NCBI RefSeq assembly: GCF_000012925.1
Contig: NC_007517.1
Location: 1,590,001 to 1,622,000, forward strand
DNA: 32,000 nucleotides
Reading direction: 5' to 3'
Origin: Geobacter metallireducens GS-15
Lineage (GTDB): Bacteria; Desulfobacterota; Desulfuromonadia; Geobacterales; Geobacteraceae
Numbering within the stretch: position 1 is the first letter of the stretch; each line of letters begins with the position of its first letter. The notes under the pieces are model-generated. The model made no database searches. It was not told the origin of the DNA and saw only the letters and a program-made list of their open reading frames with translations. Shown one piece after another: positions 1-12,723 of this stretch. The position numbers and the translations under genes are program-made.

Positions 1-176
1 AAGTGCTCATTGCCGACGACGTTCTTGCTACTGGAGGGACTATGTCCGCTGTTGTTGAGATGGTCAGGGACCTTGGCGGTGAAATTGTAGAATGCTGCTT
101 TTTGGCAGAACTCGATTTTCTTGGTGGAAGAAAGAAACTGCCGGACGGGAAGGTCTTTTCACTCCTTACGTTTTGA
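1..176 (+). CDS. apt: Adenine phosphoribosyltransferase, 3' end (5' end lies outside the window)
   Basis: Frame 3 reads [57 protein letters not shown]. This contains the PRPP-binding motif ([13 protein letters not shown]) and the typical Apt C-terminus. The TGA stop is at 174-176. Confidence 0.8.
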   Translation, partial: VLIADDVLATGGTMSAVVEMVRDLGGEIVECCFLAELDFLGGRKKLPDGKVFSLLTF

Positions 177-221
177 ACGACTAGCTGCGGCTTGAATCCC
201 GTGTGATCATAGGGAAAAGGG

Positions 222-250
222 TTGCAAAGCGAAGTGCGGTGGGCTATAAA
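222..250 (+). promoter_or_regulatory. Sigma70-type promoter for tRNA-Arg
   Basis: TTGCAA (222-227), a 17-nt spacer, then TATAAA (245-250), ending 10 nt upstream of the tRNA 5' end. The tRNA-fMet promoter at 15802-15830 has the same architecture and the same -10 hexamer. Confidence 0.5.
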
Positions 251-260
251 CAAGCTTCTT

Positions 261-337
261 GTCCCCGTAGCTCAGCTGGATAGAGCACTTCCCTCCTAAG
301 GAAGGGGTCGGACGTTCGAATCGTCTCGGGGACGCCA
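261..337 (+). tRNA. tRNA-Arg (anticodon CCT, decodes AGG)
   Basis: Hand-folded cloverleaf. Acceptor stem GTCCCCG/CGGGGAC, D stem GCTC/GAGC, anticodon stem CTTCC/GGAAG with loop CTCCTAA, T stem GGACG/CGTCT with loop TTCGAAT. The 3' CCA is encoded. Confidence 0.95.
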
Positions 338-775
338 CTTCAATAAGTAGCTGTAATAGCAGCAGAAAAACAGAGCCTCTTAGCTCTGGGTATACAACTA
401 GGTATACTAAGGAGCGAGAGGCTTTGTCATATCCAACACACCTCAAAGGGTCGGTAGTCGCTTTTACCACAAAATAAAGGTGCCTGCCGACCTGTCCCAT
501 CTTCTCCCAACCCAGTTCATCAAGAAGTCTTTGCAGACTAGTGAGCTACATCGAAGCGAGCATGCTGTCGAGGGAATGCTCATGGACATCCATGGCTGGC
601 ACAACGATGAACCAATAAGAGACAGTCGCTACCTCCAAAACAAAAAGCTGACCATCGGGTCGGCTTTATTGTTCGTGAACTGCAAGCCCACTTTCGTTGC
701 GGGTTTTGGTTTTGCAAGGTGCGTCAGTTTCTGCTACGATACCTTCCCAATTCCTTCAACACCAAGGCTTTACCG

Positions 776-3394
<2,619 letters not shown>

Positions 3395-3395
3395 C

Positions 3396-4667
3396 GTGAG
3401 AATACAACGATGGTTACGGATAGTGCCCCTTCTCTTCGCCCTTGCAGGAGTGCTGTTTCTTTTTTCTTCTGCCGAGGCCAAGGAGGTGCGCCGCGTTAAG
3501 GGCTCCAGCGTTAAGGCAACGGCCGTGGTGAAGGAGATGCGTCATTGGTCGAACCCCGATTATACCCGGATTGCCATCACCGTCGACCGAGAAGCACATT
3601 TTGAAACCCACCAGATCAAGCAGCATCCGGGCGATGCTCTTCCGTCACGCATTTACCTCGATATAACCGGCGCCAGGGTTGGACCCGGCGTACACGACCT
3701 TCAAATAGCCGATCAGCAGCTGAAATCGGCAAGGGTCGGCCAGTACAAGCCGGATGTGGTGCGGGTGGTTCTCGATGTTGACCGGATCAAGGAATTCAAG
3801 GTGTTTTCCCTCTCGGACCCGTTCCGGATCATCGTCGATGTGAAGGGAGAACGTCCCCTGGAATTCGCGAAACTGACGGAGCAGGTCCAGCCGGCACCGG
3901 CGCCGACAAGTGCTGCCGAGACGAAAGCCGCCGATACCAGTGATGAAAAACCGAGCCCCAAGCCAGTAGCCAAATTCAAGCCGGGAAAGATTCGGCGGAT
4001 TGTGGTCGATCCGGGTCACGGCGGTCACGACCCCGGAGCGATTGGCGCGGGGGGGACCCAGGAAAAGGACGTTGTGCTTGCCCTCGGGCTCCAACTGGCG
4101 GCGAAGATTCGGGAAGAGTTGGGCATTGACGTGGTCATGACCCGTTCAACCGATGTCTTCATCCCGCTGGAAGAGCGTACCGCCATCGCCAACAAGGTGA
4201 ATGCCGATCTCTTCGTGTCGGTCCATGCCAATGCATCCCTCAACCGCGGTACTTCGGGGATAGAGACCTATTACCTCAATCTGGCCAAGACCGAGAAAGC
4301 TGCCCAGCTTGCTGCCCGGGAAAACGGCACATCCCTGGACAAGGTGAGCCTTCTGCAGGCGATTCTCTTCGACCTGATGGCCAACTACAAGCTCAACGAT
4401 TCCGCCCACCTGGCCGATGAAGTCCAGAAGGCCCTCTACAAAAAGATCAACGGCCACTATCCGGGAACACGGAACCTGGGGGTCAAGCAGGGGCCATTTT
4501 ACGTTCTTGTGGGTGCCACCATGCCGAGCATCCTCGTGGAGACGGCTTTCATCAGCAACGAAACCGAGGAGGCCCGGCTTCGGGACAAGGCCTTTCTTGA
4601 TCGGGCTGCCGACGGCATTGTGGATGGAATTAAGGGGTATATCCGTACAATCGGCACCGGGCGATAG
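3396..4667 (+). CDS. amiC: N-acetylmuramoyl-L-alanine amidase with N-terminal AMIN domain (AmiC/AmiB type)
   Basis: Signal peptide, then an AMIN-like segment (YTRIAITVD...VVRVVLDV...FRIIVDV), a Pro/Ala linker and an Amidase_3 core (VVDPGHGGHDPGA, SVHANA, ETAFISN). The GTG start lies 1 nt after the mutS stop. Confidence 0.9.
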   Translation: MRIQRWLRIVPLLFALAGVLFLFSSAEAKEVRRVKGSSVKATAVVKEMRHWSNPDYTRIAITVDREAHFETHQIKQHPGDALPSRIYLDITGARVGPGVHDLQIADQQLKSARVGQYKPDVVRVVLDVDRIKEFKVFSLSDPFRIIVDVKGERPLEFAKLTEQVQPAPAPTSAAETKAADTSDEKPSPKPVAKFKPGKIRRIVVDPGHGGHDPGAIGAGGTQEKDVVLALGLQLAAKIREELGIDVVMTRSTDVFIPLEERTAIANKVNADLFVSVHANASLNRGTSGIETYYLNLAKTEKAAQLAARENGTSLDKVSLLQAILFDLMANYKLNDSAHLADEVQKALYKKINGHYPGTRNLGVKQGPFYVLVGATMPSILVETAFISNETEEARLRDKAFLDRAADGIVDGIKGYIRTIGTGR

Positions 4668-4679
4668 GTAAGGGATTTT

Positions 4680-7379
4680 ATGGAATTCAACATTGACCGC
4701 TACTTTCCCGACACCTCTCAGGAGACTGGTGATGCCGGCCGTGCCTCCTTCGAGGAGAAGCGTCCCCTTTACCTGGCTGCGAGCAAGCACTTCCTGAACC
4801 ACTACCGGGAAGAGATCAGGGAGATGCACAATGCCGGCACTCAAGGAAGCGTCGTGGTGCGTAACCTGACTGCCATGACCGATACCCTGGTCCGCAAGCT
4901 CTTTCGCAGCATAACAAGGGATGTGGCCCAGAGGGGGCGGGTGAGGGAACCATTGACCCTGACTGCCATCGGTGGTTATGGACGGGGAGAGCTCAACCCC
5001 TACTCGGACATCGACCTGATGTTTCTCTACGGCGGCAAAGACCAGGCCCGGGTTGAGGATATCGCCCAGAAGCTCCTCTATTTTCTGTGGGACATGCGGC
5101 TTGACGTTGGGTACTCGGTGCGTACCCTGCAGGATTGTGTGGAGATGGCTGCCTCCGACTTGACGGTGCGGACGGCTCTGCTCGATGCACGCGTCCTTGC
5201 CGGAAGCCGATTGCTGTTCAAGGATTTCGAGAAGGTCATGCTGACCCAGATCCTTTCCAAACGGAGCGACTCCTTCATTAAGGAGAAGGTTGCGGAACTG
5301 GGGAAGCGGAGGGAGAAGTACGGCTCGTCGGTCTATCTCCTCGAGCCCAATGTCAAGGAGAGCGAAGGGGGGCTCCGGGACCTTCACACGGCACTCTGGG
5401 TGGCGAAAATCAAGTACAAGATTTCCGATATCCGCGAACTGATCGTCAAGGGGGTCATGACCGAGGAGGAGGTCTCGGTTTACGGCGAGGCGCTTTCCTA
5501 TCTCTGGCGCATCCGGAACGAACTCCATTTCCATGCCGGCCGCAAGAACGATCAGCTCACGTTTGATGCCCAGATCAATCTGGCCGGGTTCTTCGGCTAC
5601 AAGGACGTCGGAAAGTCTTTGGCAGTGGAAGAGTTCATGCGTGACTACTACCTCCATGCAACTCGGGTCGAACATCTTTCTTCCTCTCTCATCACGAAAT
5701 GTTCACAGCGGGAAGAGAGGGCGCTGAAGATCATCGGCTACTTTGTCCGACGGCATGTGGGTGAGGGTTTTTACATCATCAAGGGTGAGTTGGTGATCCC
5801 CGACGAATCGGTGATCCACAAGGAGCCGGCCCGGCTCATGAAAATATTCGAGTATGCCCAGAAGCATGGCGTTGCCATAAGTGTCACGGTGAAGTCGCTG
5901 ATCCGGAAGAATCTTCACCTCATTAACGACAAGTTCAGGAGAAATAAGGATGTCAACCAGTCATTCTTTGCGATCCTCCGCAGCGAGAAGGGGGCCTCCG
6001 AAACTCTGCAACTCATGCATCACCTGGAGTTCCTGAACCGTTTCATCCCCGAGTTCGGCAATATCTACTGCAAGGTTCAGCATGACCTCTACCACATCTA
6101 CACCGTTGATACCCACTCGCTTTTTGCGGTGGAAGAGATTGAGAAGCTGTTGCGGGGAGACCATGCCGAAGATCTGCCGCTTCTTACCCGGCTTGCCAGG
6201 GAGGTGGACAAGAGGGAACTCCTGATCCTTGGGGTACTTTTCCACGATATCGGCAAGGGGGAAGGGGGGGGGCATGCCGACAAGGGCGCTGACATGATCC
6301 CCACCATTGCCCGCCGGATGGGGCTCTGCAAGGAGGATTCGGAACGGCTCGAATTCATGGTGCGGAGCCATCTCCTCATGGCGCACATCGCCCAGCGCCG
6401 TGACCTCCATGATGACAAGATGATCATCCAGTTTGCCCGACAGATGGAGAAGAGTGAGAACCTCAAGATGCTCTACCTTCTCAGTTATGCCGACATACGA
6501 GCTGTCGGGACCGATGTCTGGACCGAGTGGAAGGCGATGCTCCTCCAGGAGTTGTACGAGAAGAGCTTCAACGTGCTGGAGCGCGGCGATTTCCGGCTGG
6601 AGGCCAGGAGTGAGCGGGTCAAGAAGGTGAAGCGGAACGTACTGGAGCTTCTTGGCGACGAGTACCCAGTGGCTGCAGTGAAAGAAGAGCTGAAGGCGAT
6701 GACCAACCGGCATCTTCTCTCCAATGCTCCGCAGGTCATCGCCGAGCATGTGAAGCTGCTCCTTGCCCTTGAACACGAAAAAATCATCACCCGTCTCGAC
6801 CATGAGTCCGACGGGGGATACTCCAATTTCACCATCTGCACCCTCGATGTACCGGGGCTCTTTTCCATGATTACCGGCGTCATGGCCGCCAACGGGATAA
6901 ATATCCTCGGTGCCCAGATTCATACGAGTTCCAATGGCAAGGCGCTGGACATCCTGCAGGTGAATTCACCCCAAGGCTTTATCATAACCGACGTGGGTCG
7001 GTGGAAGCGGGTGAATGAGGATCTCCGGCAGGTGCTGACCGGCAAGACCCCGGTGGCCTCGCTCGTTGCAAAGCGGCAGCGGCCGACACTCCTTGCTGAA
7101 AAGGCAAAACCCCGTTTTTCCGCGCGAGTCGAAATCGACAACGAGGTGTCATCGGACTATACAGTCATCGACATCTATACCCATGACAAAGTGGGAATCC
7201 TTTACCAGATCACGAGCACCCTGACGGAACTGGGGCTCTACATCGGTGTCTCCAAGATTTCCACCAAGGTGGACCAGGTGGCCGACGTCTTCTACGTGAA
7301 GGACATATTCGGCCACAAGATCACCAATCCGGAGCGGCTCGAAGAAATACGGGAGAGACTTTTGAAGGCCGTGGAGTGA
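4680..7379 (+). CDS. glnD: [Protein-PII] uridylyltransferase / uridylyl-removing enzyme GlnD
   Basis: Nucleotidyltransferase motif GGYGRGELNPYSDIDL, HD domain (LFHDIGKG) and two C-terminal ACT-like repeats (TICTLDVPGLF..., TVIDIYTHDKVGILYQI...). The 899-aa length is typical of GlnD. Confidence 0.95.
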   Translation: MEFNIDRYFPDTSQETGDAGRASFEEKRPLYLAASKHFLNHYREEIREMHNAGTQGSVVVRNLTAMTDTLVRKLFRSITRDVAQRGRVREPLTLTAIGGYGRGELNPYSDIDLMFLYGGKDQARVEDIAQKLLYFLWDMRLDVGYSVRTLQDCVEMAASDLTVRTALLDARVLAGSRLLFKDFEKVMLTQILSKRSDSFIKEKVAELGKRREKYGSSVYLLEPNVKESEGGLRDLHTALWVAKIKYKISDIRELIVKGVMTEEEVSVYGEALSYLWRIRNELHFHAGRKNDQLTFDAQINLAGFFGYKDVGKSLAVEEFMRDYYLHATRVEHLSSSLITKCSQREERALKIIGYFVRRHVGEGFYIIKGELVIPDESVIHKEPARLMKIFEYAQKHGVAISVTVKSLIRKNLHLINDKFRRNKDVNQSFFAILRSEKGASETLQLMHHLEFLNRFIPEFGNIYCKVQHDLYHIYTVDTHSLFAVEEIEKLLRGDHAEDLPLLTRLAREVDKRELLILGVLFHDIGKGEGGGHADKGADMIPTIARRMGLCKEDSERLEFMVRSHLLMAHIAQRRDLHDDKMIIQFARQMEKSENLKMLYLLSYADIRAVGTDVWTEWKAMLLQELYEKSFNVLERGDFRLEARSERVKKVKRNVLELLGDEYPVAAVKEELKAMTNRHLLSNAPQVIAEHVKLLLALEHEKIITRLDHESDGGYSNFTICTLDVPGLFSMITGVMAANGINILGAQIHTSSNGKALDILQVNSPQGFIITDVGRWKRVNEDLRQVLTGKTPVASLVAKRQRPTLLAEKAKPRFSARVEIDNEVSSDYTVIDIYTHDKVGILYQITSTLTELGLYIGVSKISTKVDQVADVFYVKDIFGHKITNPERLEEIRERLLKAVE

Positions 7380-7386
7380 GGAGAAC

Positions 7387-8274
7387 GTGAACCAGTACCT
7401 CGATCTCTTTCTGAATTACCTTCTTGTGGAGAAGGGGCTGGCGAAAAATTCCCTCGATTCCTACGGCCGCGACATGATCCGGTATCTGGATTTTCTTGAG
7501 AAACGGAATTGTGGTGAACCGTCTGCGGTGCGTCCCGTGGATGTGGCGGATTTTCTGGCCCATCTCAAGGATTGTGGTCTCGCCCCCCGAAGCAGAGCCA
7601 GGGCCTTATCCGCCGTCCGGATGTTCCACCGGTTTCTCCTGGTGGAGGGGTATGCCGAGGCGAACCCCACCGCGATCATCGAGGCGCCCAAGACGTTGGC
7701 CAAGCTTCCCCAGATCCTCGCCGGCCGGGAGGTCGAGGCGCTTCTGGCTGCTCCCGGAAGTGACAGTGCCCAGGATATGCGGGACCGGGCCATGCTGGAG
7801 CTTCTCTATGCCACGGGGCTGCGGGTCTCCGAACTTGTGGGCCTCGGTTTGCGCGATGTGAATGTAACCGCGGGATACCTCATGGCTTTCGGCAAGGGGG
7901 GGAAGGAGCGGCTCGTTCCCATGGGTGAATCCGCCTGTGCAGCAGTTTCCCGTTATCTTGCCGAGGCGCGTCCCGAAATGGATCGAAACGGCGACAACGC
8001 CTATCTGTTTCTTACCCGGCTCGGAGACCGGATGACGCGGCAGGCGTTCTGGAATATAATCAAAAAACGGGCCATTGAGGCGGGAATCAGAAAAACCATT
8101 TCTCCCCATACTCTGCGCCATTCGTTCGCAACCCATCTGCTGGAGAACGGCGCAGATCTGCGGAGCGTGCAGGCAATGCTCGGCCATGCGGACCTCGCGA
8201 CGACACAGATTTACACCCACGTGACCCGGGAGCGATTGAAACGCATCCACGAGGAATACCATCCACGGGGATAG
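7387..8274 (+). CDS. xerD: Site-specific tyrosine recombinase XerD (XerC/XerD family)
   Basis: N-terminal SAM-like domain (FLNYLLVEKGLAKNSLDSYGRDM). Catalytic residues sit in ATGLRVSEL, HTLRHSFATHLLENGADLRSVQAMLGHADLATTQIYTHV. GTG start preceded by GAGGAGA. Confidence 0.9.
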   Translation: MNQYLDLFLNYLLVEKGLAKNSLDSYGRDMIRYLDFLEKRNCGEPSAVRPVDVADFLAHLKDCGLAPRSRARALSAVRMFHRFLLVEGYAEANPTAIIEAPKTLAKLPQILAGREVEALLAAPGSDSAQDMRDRAMLELLYATGLRVSELVGLGLRDVNVTAGYLMAFGKGGKERLVPMGESACAAVSRYLAEARPEMDRNGDNAYLFLTRLGDRMTRQAFWNIIKKRAIEAGIRKTISPHTLRHSFATHLLENGADLRSVQAMLGHADLATTQIYTHVTRERLKRIHEEYHPRG

Positions 8275-8321
8275 GGCGGGTCGGTGCAGACAGGAAAACT
8301 CACTCAGGAAAGGACAGGGCA

Positions 8322-9521
8322 ATGAAGTATATCGTGCTCCTCGGCGACGGGATGTCGGACGAGGCCGTGAAGGATCTGGACGGAAAGACACCACTGCAGG
8401 CTGCCAAAACGCCGCACATGGATGTCATGGCCCGGCGGGGGAGGATCGGCCTCGCTCACACCGTGCCGAAGGGGCTCCCTCCGGGAAGCGATGTGGCAAA
8501 TCTCTCGGTGTTCGGCTATGACCCGCGTACCTGCTATACGGGTCGATCACCCCTCGAAGCAGCAAGCATGGGGGTTCAACTCGGGCCCGATGACGTGGCG
8601 TTCCGGGTTAATCTCGTGAATCTCCTGCCGACCAAGGGGACGCTCGTCATGAACGACTACTCGGCGGGGCATATCTCCACCGAAGAGGGACGCGAACTCA
8701 TCGAGGCCATCCAGCAGCAGATCGGCGATGACGAGTTCCAGTTCTACCCCGGCGTGGGATACCGCCATCTCATGGTATGGCGCAACGGCAAAAGCGGCAT
8801 GTCCGCCACCCCTCCCCATGACATCTCGGGGAAAAGCATCCTCGACTACCTTCCGAAGGGAGAGGGGGCCGACAAGCTCATCTATCTGATGAACTCCTCC
8901 CAGATGATACTCAACAATCATCCCCAATACCGGCGGCGCCTTGAAGCAGACAAGATCCCGGCGAATTCCATCTGGCTCTGGGGGCACGGCAAAGCACCCC
9001 GGATGGAGCCCTTCAAGGAAAAGTTCGGCCTTGCCGGGGCGGTAATTTCCGCGGTCGATCTCATAAACGGTATCGGCATCGGAGCGGGCCTCGACGTGAT
9101 TCGGGTCGAGGGGGCCACCGGTTACCTGGACACCAACTACGAAGGCAAGGTCCAGGCAGCTCTTGAGGCCCTGGAGACCCATGACTACGTGTACCTTCAC
9201 GTTGAGGCGCCCGACGAGGCTTCCCATTCGGGGAACCTTTCCCACAAGCTCCAGGCCATCGAAGATTTCGATGCCAGGGTTGTCGGCCCCATCATGGAAG
9301 GGATCAGGCGTTTTGGTTCGTTCCGGATACTCTGTACTCCCGATCACCCGACTCCCCTCAGGCTGAAGACACATACGGGCGCGCCTGTGCCCTTCATCAT
9401 CTACGATGGAGGAGAATCGGAAGATGATTCGATTGCGGGCTATGACGAAGATTCGGCCCGGACTTCCGGCCTGGTGCTGGAGGAAGGGCACCGGCTCATG
9501 GAGCTTCTGCTTGAAAGGTGA
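8322..9521 (+). CDS. apgM: Cofactor-independent phosphoglycerate mutase, archaeal type (ApgM family; some members have been proposed to be an alternative homoserine kinase)
   Basis: MKYIVLLGDGMSD N-terminus plus YLHVEAPDEASHSG and TPDHPTP metal-binding motifs of the alkaline-phosphatase-like metalloenzyme superfamily. Length is about 400 aa. Confidence 0.85.
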   Translation: MKYIVLLGDGMSDEAVKDLDGKTPLQAAKTPHMDVMARRGRIGLAHTVPKGLPPGSDVANLSVFGYDPRTCYTGRSPLEAASMGVQLGPDDVAFRVNLVNLLPTKGTLVMNDYSAGHISTEEGRELIEAIQQQIGDDEFQFYPGVGYRHLMVWRNGKSGMSATPPHDISGKSILDYLPKGEGADKLIYLMNSSQMILNNHPQYRRRLEADKIPANSIWLWGHGKAPRMEPFKEKFGLAGAVISAVDLINGIGIGAGLDVIRVEGATGYLDTNYEGKVQAALEALETHDYVYLHVEAPDEASHSGNLSHKLQAIEDFDARVVGPIMEGIRRFGSFRILCTPDHPTPLRLKTHTGAPVPFIIYDGGESEDDSIAGYDEDSARTSGLVLEEGHRLMELLLER

Positions 9522-9551
9522 CCAGGCAGGATGTTGTTAGGTGAGGAGAGA

Positions 9552-9587
9552 GACAGGGCGGGTTATGGGATCCGCCCTGTCCTTTTG
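9552..9587 (+). terminator. Rho-independent terminator between the convergent apgM and slp genes
   Basis: Perfect 10-bp stem GACAGGGCGG / CCGCCCTGTC (9552-9561 and 9572-9581) with a 10-nt loop, followed by CTTTTG. Confidence 0.6.
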
Positions 9588-9589
9588 CG

Positions 9590-10162
9590 TCACCAGCGCC
9601 GGTAAACCGGCCCCAGGGGGCGGTACCAGTACGGCCCGGGCCAGTATCCGTAGTAGTAGGGATCATAAAAGGAGTAGGGTGGCGGAGTGGGGTAGGGGTA
9701 GCCCTTCTCGTAGTCGTAGCTTTTCCAGACGTAAATCTCTTTGATTGCGAGGACCGGATAGGTGTACTCAACTTCGTCGACCGGCATTACTTTTTTGCCC
9801 TTCACTTCCCCGACCAGGGTAACGAGGCGATCCGGTTTATAGATCATGCTGTCGAGGAACGATTCGGAAATGGCGAGAAACCTTCCCTCGGAGCGAAATG
9901 TATCCTCCGGCATACCCGTCTTGTCGAGAGCAACCTGCATTATCTCCAATTGACTTCCTGTGGTAGTGTTCTTGACCCCGACAATTACCCCTCCCAGTTG
10001 CACGTACTTCCCGACAAACGCATCGGGTTTTTCTTTGAGCATGGCGTAGGTAATGGTGGGGTCAACCAGAGACCGTGACTGCTCACTGATGACATGGGCA
10101 CACCCCGATAATGACAAGGTTGTGAGCAGGATTATAAGGATTGATATTCTCTGCAAATACAT
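9590..10162 (-). CDS. slp: Slp-family outer-membrane lipoprotein
   Basis: Lipobox LSLSGC follows a short signal peptide. The body resembles E. coli Slp (FVGKYVQLGGVIVGV..., LEI..., GRFLA...FLD..Y, ...IYVW) and has the family's aromatic/Pro-rich tail. I chose the start at M20 (MYLQRI..., 10162) because the upstream track residues are not signal-like. Confidence 0.8.
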   Translation of the reverse strand: MYLQRISILIILLTTLSLSGCAHVISEQSRSLVDPTITYAMLKEKPDAFVGKYVQLGGVIVGVKNTTTGSQLEIMQVALDKTGMPEDTFRSEGRFLAISESFLDSMIYKPDRLVTLVGEVKGKKVMPVDEVEYTYPVLAIKEIYVWKSYDYEKGYPYPTPPPYSFYDPYYYGYWPGPYWYRPLGPVYRRW

Positions 10163-10402
10163 CGTGGCCCCTCCCGGTGGAGCGACATTTTCCGCCCCTC
10201 TGCTGTGTTGCTCGAACATCCTCGCCTGTCCGGGACGTCCAGCAGTCTATGCACTGACATGAATCAAGATTAGCTCCGGTCAGGTGAAAGTCAAATTAGC
10301 CGTGGAGGTAGGCGTGGATACCATTTCTGAGGAAAATCACTGGAAGTTTCAGCGTTTTTTATGATATGTTGAAACGCTAAATTATGTCTGAGGAGTTGCA
10401 TT

Positions 10403-11755
10403 GTGAAAATCTGTGTCATTGGCTCCGGGTATGTGGGCCTTGTCGCTGGAACCTGCTTCGCCGAAAGCGGCAACACTGTCATTTGCGTTGATGTTAACCA
10501 GGAGAAGATTGAAGGACTCAAGCAGGGGATTCTCCCCATATACGAACCGGGCCTCAAGGAGCTGGTTCTCCGCAATAGCGCCGAGGGGCGCCTTTCCTTC
10601 ACTACCGACCTGGCGTCAGCGGTGAAGGAATCACTCATCTGCTTCATAGCCGTAGGGACACCGCCGGGGGAAGACGGTTCGGCCGATCTTCAGCATGTTC
10701 TTGCCGTGGCCCGGGAAATTGGTCGCAACATGGAGGGGTTCAAGATCATCGTCGACAAGTCGACGGTACCGGTTGGCACCGCTGATAAGGTGAGACGGGC
10801 CGCCCAGGAGGAACTCGATCGCCGCGGTGCCGCCTACGAGTTCGACGTGGTGTCGAACCCGGAATTTCTCAAGGAAGGCGCCGCAATCGACGACTTCATG
10901 AAGCCCGACCGGGTCGTTATCGGTGCCGACAATGTCCGTACCGCAGAGATCATGAAAGAGCTCTATTCCCCTTTCATGAGAAAGACCAACCGCCTTATCG
11001 TCATGGACGTCCACAGCGCCGAAATGACCAAATATGCCGCCAATGCCATGCTCGCCACCCGCATCTCGTTCATGAACCAGATAGCGAACCTCTGCGAGCG
11101 GATGGGTGCGGATGTGTCAGCCGTGCGCGAGGGGATCGGATCCGATTCTCGGATCGGCTACGATTTCCTTTTTCCCGGCGTCGGTTACGGCGGCTCGTGC
11201 TTCCCGAAGGACGTGAAGGCCCTCATCAAGACCGCCGAGGAATGCGAGTACGACTTTGTCCTGCTGAAGTCGGTGGAGGAAGTCAACGAACGGCAAAAGG
11301 CGATCCTCATAGACAAAATGATCGCCCATTTCTCCCGGGACAACGGGGCGTCACCCCTTGCAGGAAAGACCATCGCCATCTGGGGGCTCTCGTTCAAGCC
11401 CCGCACCGACGATATGCGCGAAGCTCCCTCCATCGTCATCATCAGCAAGCTCCTCGAAATGGGCGCCACGGTCCTGGCGCACGATCCCGAAGCGGTCAAG
11501 GAAGCGAAAAAGATCTTCGGCGACCGGATAACCTACACCAGTACCAACCAGTACGAGATTCTCAAGGGGGCCGACGCGCTCGCCATCATTACGGAGTGGA
11601 ACGAGTACCGCAACCCTGACTTCGAGCGCATCAGCGCAAGCCTCACCGCCCCGGTTATCTTCGACGGCCGGAACCTCTACAATCCGCGGCGGATGAAGGA
11701 GATCGGCTTCACGTACCACTCCATCGGCCGTAACGGTTCGGCCTTTACCGGTTAG
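10403..11755 (+). CDS. ugd: UDP-glucose 6-dehydrogenase
   Basis: [16 protein letters not shown]-binding fold and catalytic-Cys motif [10 protein letters not shown]. The C-terminal UDP-binding domain includes [19 protein letters not shown] start preceded by GAGGAG. Confidence 0.95.
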   Translation: MKICVIGSGYVGLVAGTCFAESGNTVICVDVNQEKIEGLKQGILPIYEPGLKELVLRNSAEGRLSFTTDLASAVKESLICFIAVGTPPGEDGSADLQHVLAVAREIGRNMEGFKIIVDKSTVPVGTADKVRRAAQEELDRRGAAYEFDVVSNPEFLKEGAAIDDFMKPDRVVIGADNVRTAEIMKELYSPFMRKTNRLIVMDVHSAEMTKYAANAMLATRISFMNQIANLCERMGADVSAVREGIGSDSRIGYDFLFPGVGYGGSCFPKDVKALIKTAEECEYDFVLLKSVEEVNERQKAILIDKMIAHFSRDNGASPLAGKTIAIWGLSFKPRTDDMREAPSIVIISKLLEMGATVLAHDPEAVKEAKKIFGDRITYTSTNQYEILKGADALAIITEWNEYRNPDFERISASLTAPVIFDGRNLYNPRRMKEIGFTYHSIGRNGSAFTG

Positions 11756-11767
11756 CAGGAGCAAGCA

Positions 11768-12709
11768 ATGCGTGTTCTGGTAACCGGCGGGGCAGGGTTC
11801 ATTGGCTCCCATCTGTGCGAGCGGTTGGTCAGTGACGGCCACGAGGTTCTCTGTGTCGATAACTTCTTTACGGGGAGCAAACAAAACATCCTGCCGCTCT
11901 TGGGAAACCCCCGTTTCGAGTTGATCCGCCACGATATAACCGAGCCGATTCTTCTGGAGGTGGACCAGATATATCATCTGGCCTGTCCCGCTTCGCCGGT
12001 CCATTATCAGTACAACCCGGTGAAGACCATCAAGACAAGCGTCATGGGGACCATCAACATGCTTGGCCTCGCCAAGCGGGTCCGGGCGCGAATCCTTCTG
12101 GCCTCCACCTCTGAAGTCTACGGCGATCCCCAGGTGCATCCGCAGCCCGAGACCTACTGGGGGAACGTTAACCCCATCGGAATCCGCAGCTGCTACGACG
12201 AAGGGAAGCGGGTTGCGGAAACCCTCATGATGGATTACCATCGCCAGAATGGTGTCGACATCCGCATCGTCCGGATTTTCAACACCTTTGGCCCCCGCAT
12301 GGCCGAGCATGACGGCAGGGTGGTGTCGAACTTCATTGTTCAGGCTCTCAAAGGGGAAGACATAACGGTCTATGGCGACGGCAGCCAGACCCGCTCCTTC
12401 TGCTATGTGAGCGACTTGGTGGAAGGGCTTGTCCGGACGATGTCATGTGAAGGCTTCACCGGTCCGGTCAACCTGGGCAACCCCGGTGAAACTACTATCC
12501 TGGAATTTGCCCGGCGCATAATCGCACTGACCGGTTCCCAGTCGCAGATTGTTTTCAGGCCTCTCCCGTCGGATGACCCCAAGCAGCGCCAACCCGATAT
12601 AACCCTCGCCCGGACGACGCTTGGATGGGAGCCTATCGTGCCCCTGGAAACGGGTCTCACAAAGACAGTTGATTATTTCTCCGGCCTCGGTGCCGGTTCG
12701 GGTTCATGA
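11768..12709 (+). CDS. uxs: UDP-glucuronate decarboxylase (UDP-xylose synthase), extended SDR
   Basis: [14 protein letters not shown] Rossmann motif, STSEVYG and YDEGKR (YxxxK). Shows strong overall resemblance to UXS enzymes ([18 protein letters not shown]). Confidence 0.93.
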   Translation: MRVLVTGGAGFIGSHLCERLVSDGHEVLCVDNFFTGSKQNILPLLGNPRFELIRHDITEPILLEVDQIYHLACPASPVHYQYNPVKTIKTSVMGTINMLGLAKRVRARILLASTSEVYGDPQVHPQPETYWGNVNPIGIRSCYDEGKRVAETLMMDYHRQNGVDIRIVRIFNTFGPRMAEHDGRVVSNFIVQALKGEDITVYGDGSQTRSFCYVSDLVEGLVRTMSCEGFTGPVNLGNPGETTILEFARRIIALTGSQSQIVFRPLPSDDPKQRQPDITLARTTLGWEPIVPLETGLTKTVDYFSGLGAGSGS

Positions 12710-12723
12710 CCAAAGGAGGAAGC

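Noticed and set aside
207-500. 97-aa minus-strand ORF
   Set aside because: It overlaps the whole tRNA-Arg gene and its promoter. Its translation has no recognisable protein features.
597-612. TGGCAC hexamer suggesting a sigma54 -24 element
   Set aside because: The -12 position reads TGAA rather than TTGC at the required spacing, and no gene lies appropriately downstream.
9590-9730. Striking Tyr/Pro/Trp/Gly-rich C-terminal tail of the lipoprotein (YPYPTPPPYSFYDPYYYGYWPGPYWYRPLGPVYRRW)
   Set aside because: E. coli Slp has a comparable aromatic tail (..YNLWDYGYGAFWPEPGWGAPYY..), so this is a family trait rather than a novelty.
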